Shown in pieces: positions 7,984-15,984 of a DNA stretch of 27,754 nt. A program made the translations under genes and the position numbers. Numbering within the stretch: position 1 is the first letter of the stretch; every line of letters begins with the position of its first letter. Location of the stretch: positions 1 through 27,754 of IMG/VR virus record IMGVR_UViG_3300020168_000026; one strand, given 5' to 3'. This stretch comes from a virus (taxonomy: Duplodnaviria > Caudoviricetes). Under the pieces are notes generated by a model that was given only the letters and a program-made list of their open reading frames with translations, was not told the origin of the DNA and did not search any database.

Positions 7984-9125
7984 TGCTCCAGGCACACCAC
8001 GGCGATGGGCTCGCGATCTACCCGACGCTCCCCTCCGACGCCTACACGCTGATCGTCTCGGACGGCGCTTATGGGATCGGCGGGTTCCCAGGGGATCCGA
8101 AGTCCCCGAAGGGTCTGGCGGAGTGGTACCGGCCACACCTCGAAGCGTGGGACCGTCTAGCGGCCCCGTCGTCGTCGCTCTACTTCTGGTGTACCCCCGA
8201 GGGGTGCGCGCGGATGCTGCCGGTGGTTGAGGAGTACGGGTGGCGGTTCTACTCGTCGGTTCGGTGGCACAAGGGCATGGCGGCGCTTGCCGGTCGGCTT
8301 GACTCTGAGGCAATCCGAGGTTGGCCGGTATCGTCGGAAGACTGCTACTTCTTCGTCCGCGAAGCCGTGGATATCAGCGCGCTCGCGGCGCAAGGGGTCG
8401 CGCCAGGGCATGACGGACTCGCGCACAAGTCACTAATCGAAGCGGCGGGGGCGGACGAGCGGAACACGGTGAGGACGTTCCTCCGCGCGGAGTGGATGGA
8501 GCGCGCGGGGTTGACCATCGGAGACGCGACGGATCGCGCCTATCGTTCGTCGGCCTCGCACTACTTCACACGCTCCCAGTGGGCGTTCCCGACGTGGGAG
8601 GGGTTCTCAGCCCTTGCCGCCTACGCCCGCGAGCACGGACCACCGACCGAGCGCCCCTACCTCGTGACCGAGGACGTGTGGGCACGACGCGGCGGGCTCC
8701 GGGAGTCGTACGAGGCTCTCCGGGAGTCGTACGAGGCTCTCCGGGAGGAGTACGAGGCTCTCCGGGAGGAGTACGAGGCTCTCCGGGAGGAGTACGAGGC
8801 TCTCCGCTACCCCTTCACCCTCCCGCAAGGTGTAACTGACGTGTGGAGCGCGCCACCTGTTAGCGCCAAGCGGCGGCACTCATGCGCGAAGCGACCCGAG
8901 CACATCGAGCGGATCGTGAAGGCGAGCAGCCGCCCGGGGGATCGCGTTCTAGAGCCATTCGGCGGCGGGGCTCCGGTCTTGCGGGCGTGTCAGAAGTTGG
9001 GCCGGTCTTGCGATTCGATCGAGCGGGTGGAGGAGTGGCACCGCTGGGCTCTGGCGATCTTGGGAGATCACGGCGCGGTGGCCGAGCCTGGGATCCTCCC
9101 GGGCCAAGGGAGCCTGTTCGGATGA
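7980..9125 (+). CDS. N6A/N4C DNA methyltransferase (beta class) with inserted domain and heptad repeat
   Basis: Motif IV variant LIVSDGAY; C-terminal HSCAKRP..IERIVKASSRPGDRVLEPFGG. Confidence 0.85.
   Translation: MMLQAHHGDGLAIYPTLPSDAYTLIVSDGAYGIGGFPGDPKSPKGLAEWYRPHLEAWDRLAAPSSSLYFWCTPEGCARMLPVVEEYGWRFYSSVRWHKGMAALAGRLDSEAIRGWPVSSEDCYFFVREAVDISALAAQGVAPGHDGLAHKSLIEAAGADERNTVRTFLRAEWMERAGLTIGDATDRAYRSSASHYFTRSQWAFPTWEGFSALAAYAREHGPPTERPYLVTEDVWARRGGLRESYEALRESYEALREEYEALREEYEALREEYEALRYPFTLPQGVTDVWSAPPVSAKRRHSCAKRPEHIERIVKASSRPGDRVLEPFGGGAPVLRACQKLGRSCDSIERVEEWHRWALAILGDHGAVAEPGILPGQGSLFG
8697..8806 (+). repeat. 21-bp coding tandem repeat, 5.2 copies (LRE[S/E]YEA heptad)
   Basis: CTCCGGGAG(TCG/GAG)TACGAGGCT at 8697, 8718, 8739, 8760 and 8781. 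Confidence 0.95.
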
Positions 9126-9811
9126 TCCAGATCCGGCACACGGGCGCGGAAGACCTGATCGCATCGCTAGCTCCGGGGAGCGTCTCGGGCGTGATCGCAG
9201 ATCCGCCCTGGGAGTACGGCAACACCACCACCGGAGGGAGCGGGACATCGTCCGCCGCCCACCTGTACCAGACCGGGTCCGACGCCTGGATCGCCTCGGT
9301 CCTCGCCTCGTGCTGGCCCTTGTGCGGACCCTCCGCCTACCTCGCGATCTGGTGTACGTGGCCGAAGCTGTCCGAGTGGTTCGCCGTCCACCACCTGATC
9401 CCCTGGCGATACGTCACGGGCGGAGCGTGGACGAAGGACGGGGGCTTCGGGATGGGGTACCACCATGCCGGGGACTCGGAGATCTGGCTCCTGTACGTCA
9501 AGGGCTCCCCCAGGCCAGCGGACGGACGCCAGAGCAACGCGATCCACGCCCCCAGGCTCGGACACTCGGAGAAGCCCCAGGAGGCCCTCGATCTGCTCGT
9601 GCGGACCGTCGCCCCGGAGGGCGGGCTGATCCTCGATCCGTTCGCCGGGGAGAGCGCCTCCCTGGCCCGGTGCTGCCTCCGACTAGGCCGGGAGTATGTG
9701 GGGGCGGAGATCGACGCGGAGAGGCACCAGAGGGCGCTCAGGAGGCTCTCAGGCGAGAGCGCGGAGCAGGCGCGGATGAGAAACCAGATCGCGCTATTCG
9801 GGGGCACCTGA
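9122..9811 (+). CDS. MT-A70-like/beta-class adenine DNA methyltransferase (229 aa)
   Basis: ATG 9122 overlaps the upstream stop; VIADPPWEY, AIWCTWP, HSEKP, ILDPFAG, YVGAEID. Confidence 0.85.
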   Translation: MIQIRHTGAEDLIASLAPGSVSGVIADPPWEYGNTTTGGSGTSSAAHLYQTGSDAWIASVLASCWPLCGPSAYLAIWCTWPKLSEWFAVHHLIPWRYVTGGAWTKDGGFGMGYHHAGDSEIWLLYVKGSPRPADGRQSNAIHAPRLGHSEKPQEALDLLVRTVAPEGGLILDPFAGESASLARCCLRLGREYVGAEIDAERHQRALRRLSGESAEQARMRNQIALFGGT

Positions 9812-9841
9812 TCACACGCGAGCGGTGAGGAGTGTGGGCAC

Positions 9842-10366
9842 ATGGCAGGGAAGCCAGCGGAAGAGACAGTCACGCGGAGGCATAAGGTCCTCGCTCAGTA
9901 CCTCTCACCGGGAGGGCTCGGGAAGCACAACTCCGCCGAGGTGGCGCGGGCTCTCAGGGTCTCCGAGCGGACCCTATGGCATGACCTCAAGGTGGTGCGG
10001 GAGCAATGGGCCAAGAGCGGCGCTCCTGTCCACCCGGACGCGGCCACAGTCCACGCCAGGATCGGCGCGGCCCTGGATGTGGCGTGGGGGCTTGTCAGGG
10101 AGGGAGAAGACGCGGAGACGGCTCTGAAGGCCCTGGATCGGGTCTACAAGGGGATCGACCTCCAGGCGCGCGTCTCGGGCGTCTACGCCCCGGAGAAGGT
10201 GGAGCACACCGTAGGAGAGACGGCGGGGATCAACCTGACGCCGGAGGATCTGGCGTGGTTCGCGCACTGGCGGGAGCGGTGGGAGGAGCTATGCGAGAGG
10301 CGGGAGGCGGGGACGCTCACGGAGATGGAGCGCCACGCCCTGGACGTGTTCGAGGCGGGGTTGTGA
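9842..10366 (+). CDS. probable terminase small subunit (HTH)
   Basis: N-terminal HTH SAEVARALRVSERTLWHDL; C-terminal ARVSGVYAPEKVEHT typical of TerS. Confidence 0.65.
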   Translation: MAGKPAEETVTRRHKVLAQYLSPGGLGKHNSAEVARALRVSERTLWHDLKVVREQWAKSGAPVHPDAATVHARIGAALDVAWGLVREGEDAETALKALDRVYKGIDLQARVSGVYAPEKVEHTVGETAGINLTPEDLAWFAHWRERWEELCERREAGTLTEMERHALDVFEAGL

Positions 10367-11610
10367 GCGAGAGGTGTCCTCTCTTCGTCGAGCTATGCGC
10401 GGGGCTCGCGTCCGTCTCGCTCATGCTCCAGGGCGGCAAGTACGCGCGCCCGCCTGTCTCGCGGATGGGCAATAAGCACGGCTATGGGCTCGCGCTGCTC
10501 CGCGTCATGGGCCTGCGACCGGGGCAGGGTGCCGAGCGGTACTTGTGGGCAGAGCCCGACCCGGGATGCCGCGCCCTGCTCCACGCCTACACCGACCGCG
10601 AGTTGATGCAGGAGGCGGCGCGCATCATCCGGTCGTGGAAGGACGAGGAGCCGCGCGCGCTGTGGGAGCGGCTGCGGGCCGAGGGTCCGATACGGGTAGG
10701 GGAGGCGCGGGAGGTGGCGCGGCATTCAGCACTGGCGCAGTGGTCATACCGGAGGTGTGAGCCGGATAGCGGGTGGTGTTCGGTGCATGTGCCGCAAGGC
10801 GAGGAGGCCATCATTGAGGGCGGCAGGAAGCCGGCGCGGAACATTGCGACTGATTACGCAGCCGCCCCCACCCTCCCCGCCACCGTCACCCCCGACGCGC
10901 GAGCGGTAGACCCGAGGGAGGTGGCGCGCTTTAACCTTGTCGCTGCTTGGTGCGCGCAAGGCGACGTCAACGCGCCGGGCTATCGCGGCCCCGGTGGGAA
11001 CCTAGGCGACTTCGGCGGGCCGTTGCTTTGTGCGTCGTCAATGCCAAACCGCATGGAGTCGCCGCCGACCCTCCCCGCCACCGTCACGCCCGACGCGCGA
11101 GCGGTAGACCCGCGGGAGGTGGCGCGGTGGTCCCTGGGGGAAGCGTGGACGAACTCTGGGCGATACATGGGGCCTGACCGCCCCTCCTCGTGCCATGCAG
11201 AGGGATGGGTTGCAAGCATTGAGAGGGCTGGACTTGCGAGGAGGTTTGACGCCGCCCCAGAAGTTCCCGCCACCCAAGCCCCCGACGCGCGAGCCATCGA
11301 GCCCGCCGACCTCCCGCCCGGGACGGTCGTATTCATCGACCCTCCCTACGTCGGCACGACCGGCTATGGGAACGACCTCCCGCGCGAGGACGTGGTGGAG
11401 ATGGCGCGGAGGTGGTCCGAGGCGGGGGCGCGCGTCTACATCAGCGAGGCCGAGCCCATCGGGGCGCTCGTGGCCGAGGGCTGGCAAGCCGTGGAGATCA
11501 CGAGTCAGCGGGTGGGGCAGAGGAGGACGTTCAGCAAGCAACAGCGCGAGTGGGTCACGTGCTCGGAGGATCCAGCCTGGAGGCCACCGGTACAGGTCGG
11601 CCTTTTCTGA
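10363..11610 (+). CDS. Dam/D12-like (alpha class) DNA adenine methyltransferase with tandem variable modules (415 aa)
   Basis: GTG 10363 overlaps the upstream stop; motif I FVELCAG, PPVSRMGNK, YLWAEPD, motif IV VFIDPPY, VYISE. Confidence 0.8.
   Translation: MSERCPLFVELCAGLASVSLMLQGGKYARPPVSRMGNKHGYGLALLRVMGLRPGQGAERYLWAEPDPGCRALLHAYTDRELMQEAARIIRSWKDEEPRALWERLRAEGPIRVGEAREVARHSALAQWSYRRCEPDSGWCSVHVPQGEEAIIEGGRKPARNIATDYAAAPTLPATVTPDARAVDPREVARFNLVAAWCAQGDVNAPGYRGPGGNLGDFGGPLLCASSMPNRMESPPTLPATVTPDARAVDPREVARWSLGEAWTNSGRYMGPDRPSSCHAEGWVASIERAGLARRFDAAPEVPATQAPDARAIEPADLPPGTVVFIDPPYVGTTGYGNDLPREDVVEMARRWSEAGARVYISEAEPIGALVAEGWQAVEITSQRVGQRRTFSKQQREWVTCSEDPAWRPPVQVGLF
10870..11126 (+). repeat. 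59-bp direct repeat pair within the MTase (10870-10928, 11068-11126)
   Basis: 57/59 identical, encodes TLPATVTPDARAVDPREVAR; partial copies at 10708-10722 and 11266-11304. Confidence 0.95.
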
Positions 11611-11770
11611 GGCCCCGAGCGGGAGCGAAGGGGGCAAAAAGGGAGCCGCGAGGATCCTCTATACGACCTCGGGCGCAAGTCCGCGGAAACACTAGGATCA
11701 GGGGGGTCCGTTTTCTTGGCGTTGTGCGTACAAAACAGCACCCTCTACTGTACACACGCCAGGAGGTGCG

Positions 11771-12040
11771 ATGGTTGAGCGATTCCACATGCGAGTCTCC
11801 GAGGAGTGGCGGGAGGTCGTCTCAGGGGCGGCGGACCGTCTGGGGTGCTCTGTATCGGCCTATGTGGCCTCCGCGGCCCATGACGTGGCCGAGGGCCTAA
11901 CGATCCCCGCCGAGAGGCTCAGGGAGGCGATCTCGCTCATCGAGGACGCTCAGAGCTATTCGATGGGGAGGCGAGCACGGCGGACCCTGGACGACGTGAT
12001 CCACGTCCTCCTGGCGGCGATGGACGGCGAGCACCCCTAA
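11771..12040 (+). CDS. ribbon-helix-helix transcription regulator
   Basis: ERFHMRVSEEWREVVSGAADRLGCSVSAYV; SD AGGAGGT; upstream TTGTGC 11722 - 18 bp - TACTGT 11746. Confidence 0.75.
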   Translation: MVERFHMRVSEEWREVVSGAADRLGCSVSAYVASAAHDVAEGLTIPAERLREAISLIEDAQSYSMGRRARRTLDDVIHVLLAAMDGEHP

Positions 12041-12154
12041 ACGCTCGACGCCTCGCCTTTTTCGCTTTTCTTTCGTTTTCCGCTTGCGCCCGAATGTGGG
12101 GTAGTTCTATAACTAACTCATCGGCGGGACACACCGCCACGGAGGAGAGAGAAC
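12041..12154 (+). promoter_or_regulatory. promoter cassette P4
   Basis: ACGCTCGACGCCTCGCCTTT box; TTGCGC 12084 - 18 bp - TATAAC 12108; hairpin GGCGG-GACACA-CCGCC; SD GGAGGAGAGAGA. Confidence 0.85.
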
Positions 12155-12466
12155 ATGACCAACCCCGCCGCCAACGACATCGCGATCAGCGCCAACGAGT
12201 TCCGCACCATCTTCGTGAACGTGCTCAACGACTCCACCACCCTGGGGGATCTTCTCGCGGACTCCGCGACCTTCCGCCGCCAGCGCGGGTTCCACAACAA
12301 GGCGACCGGCGAGTATGTGGCCGCTAAGGACTTCACCCTCCGCGGGATCCGCAAGGGCGGCGCGGGTCACGTCGCGGCCTACCTCGGAATGACCGGGACC
12401 GACATCACCGGACGCCGTGTCTGGCTTCTCGACGGAGCCACGGTTACGGACCTCGGGATTGCCTAG
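12155..12466 (+). CDS. small cassette protein (103 aa)
   Basis: ATG after the P4 SD. Confidence 0.8.
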   Translation: MTNPAANDIAISANEFRTIFVNVLNDSTTLGDLLADSATFRRQRGFHNKATGEYVAAKDFTLRGIRKGGAGHVAAYLGMTGTDITGRRVWLLDGATVTDLGIA

Positions 12467-12477
12467 AGCCACCACGA

Positions 12478-12504
12478 GCCCACCCCGGGGCCTAGTACCG
12501 GGGA
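12478..12504 (+). ncRNA. 27-nt pseudoknot-like motif, copy b
   Basis: GCCCA CCCCGG GGC CTAGTA CCGGGG A. Confidence 0.6.
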
Positions 12505-12517
12505 CGGAGGAGAGACC

Positions 12518-12739
12518 ATGACCAACGCCGCCGACCTTCCCAACAAGTTCGCCACTGATAGCCGCCTGTTCGTGTGGGACGAGATGAACGCCATCCTCGT
12601 CCGCATCGACTCCCGCGGGACCGGTCGGTCCCTCTGCCACCGTTACGCCCCCATTGCCGCCACCCCCAACGGCCTGGACCTCGGGCTCGCCTTCTGGGAC
12701 ACCTGGGGGGAGGTTAAGCCCCGGGAGTGCCAGGGCTAG
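12518..12739 (+). CDS. small cassette protein (73 aa)
   Basis: SD GGAGGAGAG. Confidence 0.75.
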   Translation: MTNAADLPNKFATDSRLFVWDEMNAILVRIDSRGTGRSLCHRYAPIAATPNGLDLGLAFWDTWGEVKPRECQG

Positions 12740-12758
12740 CGGCCCGCCCACCACAAGC

Positions 12759-12783
12759 AAGCCCCGCCCCGAGCGGGGTTTTT
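12759..12783 (+). terminator. intrinsic terminator
   Basis: AAGCCCCGC-CCCGA-GCGGGGTTTTT. Confidence 0.8.
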
Positions 12784-12785
12784 GC

Positions 12786-12882
12786 TTTTTCTGCTCCTTT
12801 TCTCGCTTTTCCGCTTGCGAGTGCATTCGGCCCGGTCTATAAATAATCCAACAGCGGGGACGAGCCCCGGAGGAGAGAGACG
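12786..12882 (+). promoter_or_regulatory. promoter cassette P5
   Basis: TTGCGA 12815 - 17 bp - TATAAA 12838; hairpin CGGGG-ACGAG-CCCCG; SD GGAGGAGAGAGA. Confidence 0.85.
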
Positions 12883-13110
12883 ATGACCACCACCCGCGCC
12901 AACATCTCCACCGTCTCCTTCGCCACCCGCCCCGAGGCCGTGGAGTGGCTCGCGGTCAATGACTTCCGCCGCTTGCCTGTCAAGGGCTCGGAGCGTTGGT
13001 CCGCCACCGAGTGGAGCGACGACGGGCGGAAGGGCGTGACGTTCGCATCCGCAGCGGGTCGCGACGAGATCGGGAACGTTATCGCCTTCGACCTCGTCAC
13101 CTACTACTAG
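12883..13110 (+). CDS. small cassette protein (75 aa)
   Basis: ATG after the P5 SD. Confidence 0.8.
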   Translation: MTTTRANISTVSFATRPEAVEWLAVNDFRRLPVKGSERWSATEWSDDGRKGVTFASAAGRDEIGNVIAFDLVTYY

Positions 13111-13117
13111 CCAGAAC

Positions 13118-13144
13118 GCCCCGCCCGTGGCCTTGTACCGGGCA
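13118..13144 (+). ncRNA. 27-nt pseudoknot-like motif, copy c
   Basis: GCCCC GCCCGT GGC CTTGTA CCGGGC A (one stem mismatch). Confidence 0.55.
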
Positions 13145-13157
13145 GGAGGAGAGAGAG

Positions 13158-13424
13158 ATGAGCAAGCAGATCGGCAAGTGGGAGAACCTGGGGACCTTCG
13201 AGGGATGCACCGAGTGGAGCCTGGAGGTCGGCGGGGAGTGGGTCGCCAGGATCCAGCGGGAGCGCCCCACCCGCTGGCACGCCAACGGGGTCGGCGGACT
13301 CGTGCGGGACCGTGAGGCCCCCTGGGTCTGGTGCGCGGACGTGGACGGAGCCGACGTGGAGATCCCCAACGGGGCCACGGTCCGAGAGGCCAAGGCGATC
13401 GTCCTCCAGGCCCTGATCGCATGA
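13158..13424 (+). CDS. small Trp-rich cassette protein (88 aa)
   Basis: SD AGGAGGAGAG before ATG 13158; MSKQIGKWENLG... Confidence 0.8.
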   Translation: MSKQIGKWENLGTFEGCTEWSLEVGGEWVARIQRERPTRWHANGVGGLVRDREAPWVWCADVDGADVEIPNGATVREAKAIVLQALIA

Positions 13425-13445
13425 GCGCGACCCCAGACACCCATA

Positions 13446-13472
13446 GCCCCGCCCGGGGCCTTGTACCGGGCA
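13446..13472 (+). ncRNA. 27-nt pseudoknot-like motif, copy d
   Basis: GCCCC GCCCGG GGC CTTGTA CCGGGC A. Confidence 0.6.
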
Positions 13473-13482
13473 GGAGGAGACG

Positions 13483-13725
13483 ATGAGGACGAAGATCGAT
13501 CGGGGTTGGTATGAGGTGCGGGGCTCCCACGTCGTGGCGACCTTCCACTATGGCGGGGATCGGTGCCGAGACTGGATCGTGACCCAGGACGCGGAGCAAG
13601 CCAGGGCGATCCACCATGCCGCCCAGCACGCGGATCCGCTGGATCCCCGCTACCGGGTCCACCTCTGCGACGTGGACGGGGTCTTTAGCAGGCTCTCCGA
13701 CGCCACCGCGGCCATCCTGAGATGA
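13483..13725 (+). CDS. small cassette protein (80 aa)
   Basis: SD AGGAGGAG; stop overlaps the terL start. Confidence 0.75.
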   Translation: MRTKIDRGWYEVRGSHVVATFHYGGDRCRDWIVTQDAEQARAIHHAAQHADPLDPRYRVHLCDVDGVFSRLSDATAAILR

Positions 13726-15530
13726 GCGCGACACTAGACCGGATCCGAGCCCAGCGCGCGATCCTCGCGGCCCGAGAGGGCGACGGGGAGACCGCGCGGG
13801 CTCATGCGGCGGGGCTCTCTGGGGAGCCTCGGAGGCTCGTGGAGGAGGCCCTGGAGATGGAGGAGGCCCTGGGGAGCCTGTTCGGGTTCCTGCTGTATGT
13901 GTGGCCGGTCCTCCACGGCGCGCGGCCATTCCTCCCGGCTCCCTACGTGCGCGTGATGTGTGACTGGATCGAGGAGCGGATCACATACCGCCGCCCCAAC
14001 GGCTACCTCGCGGTCCCTCCCGGGTCCATGAAGTCCGTCGTGGGCTCGGTCCTCTCCGCGCCCTTCCGGTGGCTCCACGATCCGACGTGGACGTGCATCT
14101 GGCTCAGTGGCTCGGATCGGGTGGTCTCCCGGGACTCAGGCCGCGCCCGGTACATCATCCGCTCGGAGCGATACCAGCGGCTCCTCCGGTATCAGGTCCG
14201 AAGGCTCCGAGAGCTTGACCAGTGGAGGGGCGGACCCTGGGACGAGGTCCTCCAGGCGGGGGATCAGCCGTGGGCCTTCCGCGATGACAAGAATGAGCGC
14301 CTCTGGTTCGAGTTAAACAGCGGCGGGGGCCGTCAGTGCCTCAGCACCCGGAGCACCCAGATCACCGGCCTCCGTGGCGGGATGTGGGGCGTAGACGATG
14401 CCCTGGACGCCTCGGAGGTGATCCGCGGCTCGGAGGATCAGACCGCCCGCCGACTGCTAGAGGTGCGGAGCGTGATCGCGGGCCAGCTATGGAACCGGAT
14501 CGATGACCAGCGGGACGGGCATCACGCCCGCATGGTGATCGGCCAGAGGCTCCACGATCTGGACGTGGGAGGGTGGCTGATCCGCATGGGCTGGGATCAC
14601 CTCTGCCTCCCCGCCGAGTATGACCCCGAGCACCCCCACGCCTCGCCGTCAGATCCGCGATCTGAGCCCGGGGAGTTACTCCACCCGGTCCTCCTATCGT
14701 CTGAGATCCTAAACCGCCAGAGAGAGGTGATGGGGCCGTCACAGTACGCCGCCCAATACCGGCAGGACCCCCAGAAGGAGGGCGGGAACGAACTAGCGGA
14801 GGCCCTGGACGCTTGTCCCCGATTCTTCGAGCACCCGGCCACGATCACGATGGATCAGAGGTGGGCCAGCATTGACGCCACGTTCGGGACCACCAAGGCC
14901 ACCTCCTCCCGCGTGGCGATCGAGGCTATGGGACGCCAGGGCGCGATCCTGTACCTGTACGACCTCGACGCGGACGTGATGACGTGGCACGAGATGCGCC
15001 AGCGGTGTCTCGACTTCGCGCGGGCTCAGTCCCCGGGGCTGGACTCGTTCATCGTGGAGACCAAGGCCCTCGGCCCCGCCCTCGTGGAGGACCTTCAGAG
15101 GGTGATCCGAGGGGTGGAGGGGTTCTCCCCTGGGTCTCAGTCGAAGGAGAGCCGGATCGGCGTCCTCGCGGCCCGTATGCGCTCAGGGCAGGTCTACCTC
15201 CCGCACCCCGACGCCACATGGCTCCGCCGCGTCTCGGTGAGCTACTCGGAGATCGCCACCCTCCTCCCTATCGCCAGGGCGCGCGGGGACCGGTGGCCGG
15301 ATGCACTCGGGAAGGACTCGGGGCGCGTCTCCGTTCCGTGGGTCGTGATGTTCGAGGCTGAGTGCCGAGACGGGACCGGGCGGAACGACCTTCCCGACGC
15401 GGCGGCTCAGGGCGTGATCTGGGAGCAACGGAAGAGGCCGACCGAGCGGATCAAGCTGACGCCCGCGGCCCCGGAGATCGCGTCCCCGTGGTTTTCCGGG
15501 GATATGTGGGACGGATCTGGCGGGTTCTAA
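13722..15530 (+). CDS. terL: terminase large subunit
   Basis: Walker A-like YLAVPPGSMKS, ITGLRGG..VDD, VIGQRLHDLD, YAAQYRQDP; nuclease motifs SIDATF, IVETKALG, NDLPDA. Confidence 0.93.
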   Translation: MSATLDRIRAQRAILAAREGDGETARAHAAGLSGEPRRLVEEALEMEEALGSLFGFLLYVWPVLHGARPFLPAPYVRVMCDWIEERITYRRPNGYLAVPPGSMKSVVGSVLSAPFRWLHDPTWTCIWLSGSDRVVSRDSGRARYIIRSERYQRLLRYQVRRLRELDQWRGGPWDEVLQAGDQPWAFRDDKNERLWFELNSGGGRQCLSTRSTQITGLRGGMWGVDDALDASEVIRGSEDQTARRLLEVRSVIAGQLWNRIDDQRDGHHARMVIGQRLHDLDVGGWLIRMGWDHLCLPAEYDPEHPHASPSDPRSEPGELLHPVLLSSEILNRQREVMGPSQYAAQYRQDPQKEGGNELAEALDACPRFFEHPATITMDQRWASIDATFGTTKATSSRVAIEAMGRQGAILYLYDLDADVMTWHEMRQRCLDFARAQSPGLDSFIVETKALGPALVEDLQRVIRGVEGFSPGSQSKESRIGVLAARMRSGQVYLPHPDATWLRRVSVSYSEIATLLPIARARGDRWPDALGKDSGRVSVPWVVMFEAECRDGTGRNDLPDAAAQGVIWEQRKRPTERIKLTPAAPEIASPWFSGDMWDGSGGF

Positions 15531-15643
15531 CCGCTGTACGTCTCGCCTTTTCCGTCTTTTTTCGCTTTTCCGCTTGCGCCCGTGTGGGTGGTCATCTATA
15601 ACTAACTCATCGACGGGGACGAACCCCGCGGAGGAGAGAGACC
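15531..15643 (+). promoter_or_regulatory. promoter cassette P6
   Basis: CCGCTGTACGTCTCGCCTTT box; TTGCGC 15574 - 17 bp - TATAAC 15597; hairpin CGGGG-ACGAA-CCCCG; SD. Confidence 0.85.
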
Positions 15644-15928
15644 ATGAACATCGCCCGCACCATCCAGACCCAACTCGGCGGCGCTCTCGTGATGATGGGA
15701 GCCTTCAACCTGATCGACCACGGGGACGCCCTGTCCTTCAAGTTCCGCGGGAGCCGAAAGGCCAACTACCTCAAGATCACCCTGGCCGGTGATGACACCT
15801 ACACGATGGACTTCCTCAAGCTGGGCCGGAACTTCTCGATCAAGGAGGTGGCGTCCTTCTCCGGTGTCTACGCCTCGAACGTCAAGAGCGTGATCGAGTC
15901 CACCACGGGCCTCTACACGAGCCTCTAG
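15644..15928 (+). CDS. conserved phage protein of unknown function (94 aa)
   Basis: Pattern IARTIQTQLGG..MMGA...DDTYTMDF...GVY...TGLYTSL, recalled as widespread in phages; cassette SD. Confidence 0.85.
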   Translation: MNIARTIQTQLGGALVMMGAFNLIDHGDALSFKFRGSRKANYLKITLAGDDTYTMDFLKLGRNFSIKEVASFSGVYASNVKSVIESTTGLYTSL

Positions 15929-15949
15929 GCCACAAGCCCCGCTCCGATC

Positions 15950-15974
15950 AAGCCCCGCCCAGGCGGGGTTTTTT
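15950..15974 (+). terminator. intrinsic terminator
   Basis: AAGCCCCGC-CCAG-GCGGGGTTTTTT. Confidence 0.8.
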
Positions 15975-15984
15975 CGTTCTAGAA

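Noticed and set aside
8697-8806. 21-bp repeats as a CRISPR array
   Set aside because: Head-to-tail with no spacers and in frame within an MTase; no cas genes in the window.
8882-10362. Long N-terminal extensions of the MTase ORFs (starts 8882 and 10006)
   Set aside because: They overlap real upstream genes; the coupled starts at 9122 and 10363 fit better.
10870-11126. 59-bp repeat pair as DGR template/variable repeat
   Set aside because: No reverse transcriptase in the window, only two mismatches and not adenine-specific, and both copies are in frame in one gene.
11611-11720. cos/pac site
   Set aside because: Plausible position but no diagnostic sequence; read-end data are needed.
12736-13929. 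397-aa minus-strand ORF
   Set aside because: Low-complexity Pro/Arg/Gly translation antisense to well-signalled cassette genes.
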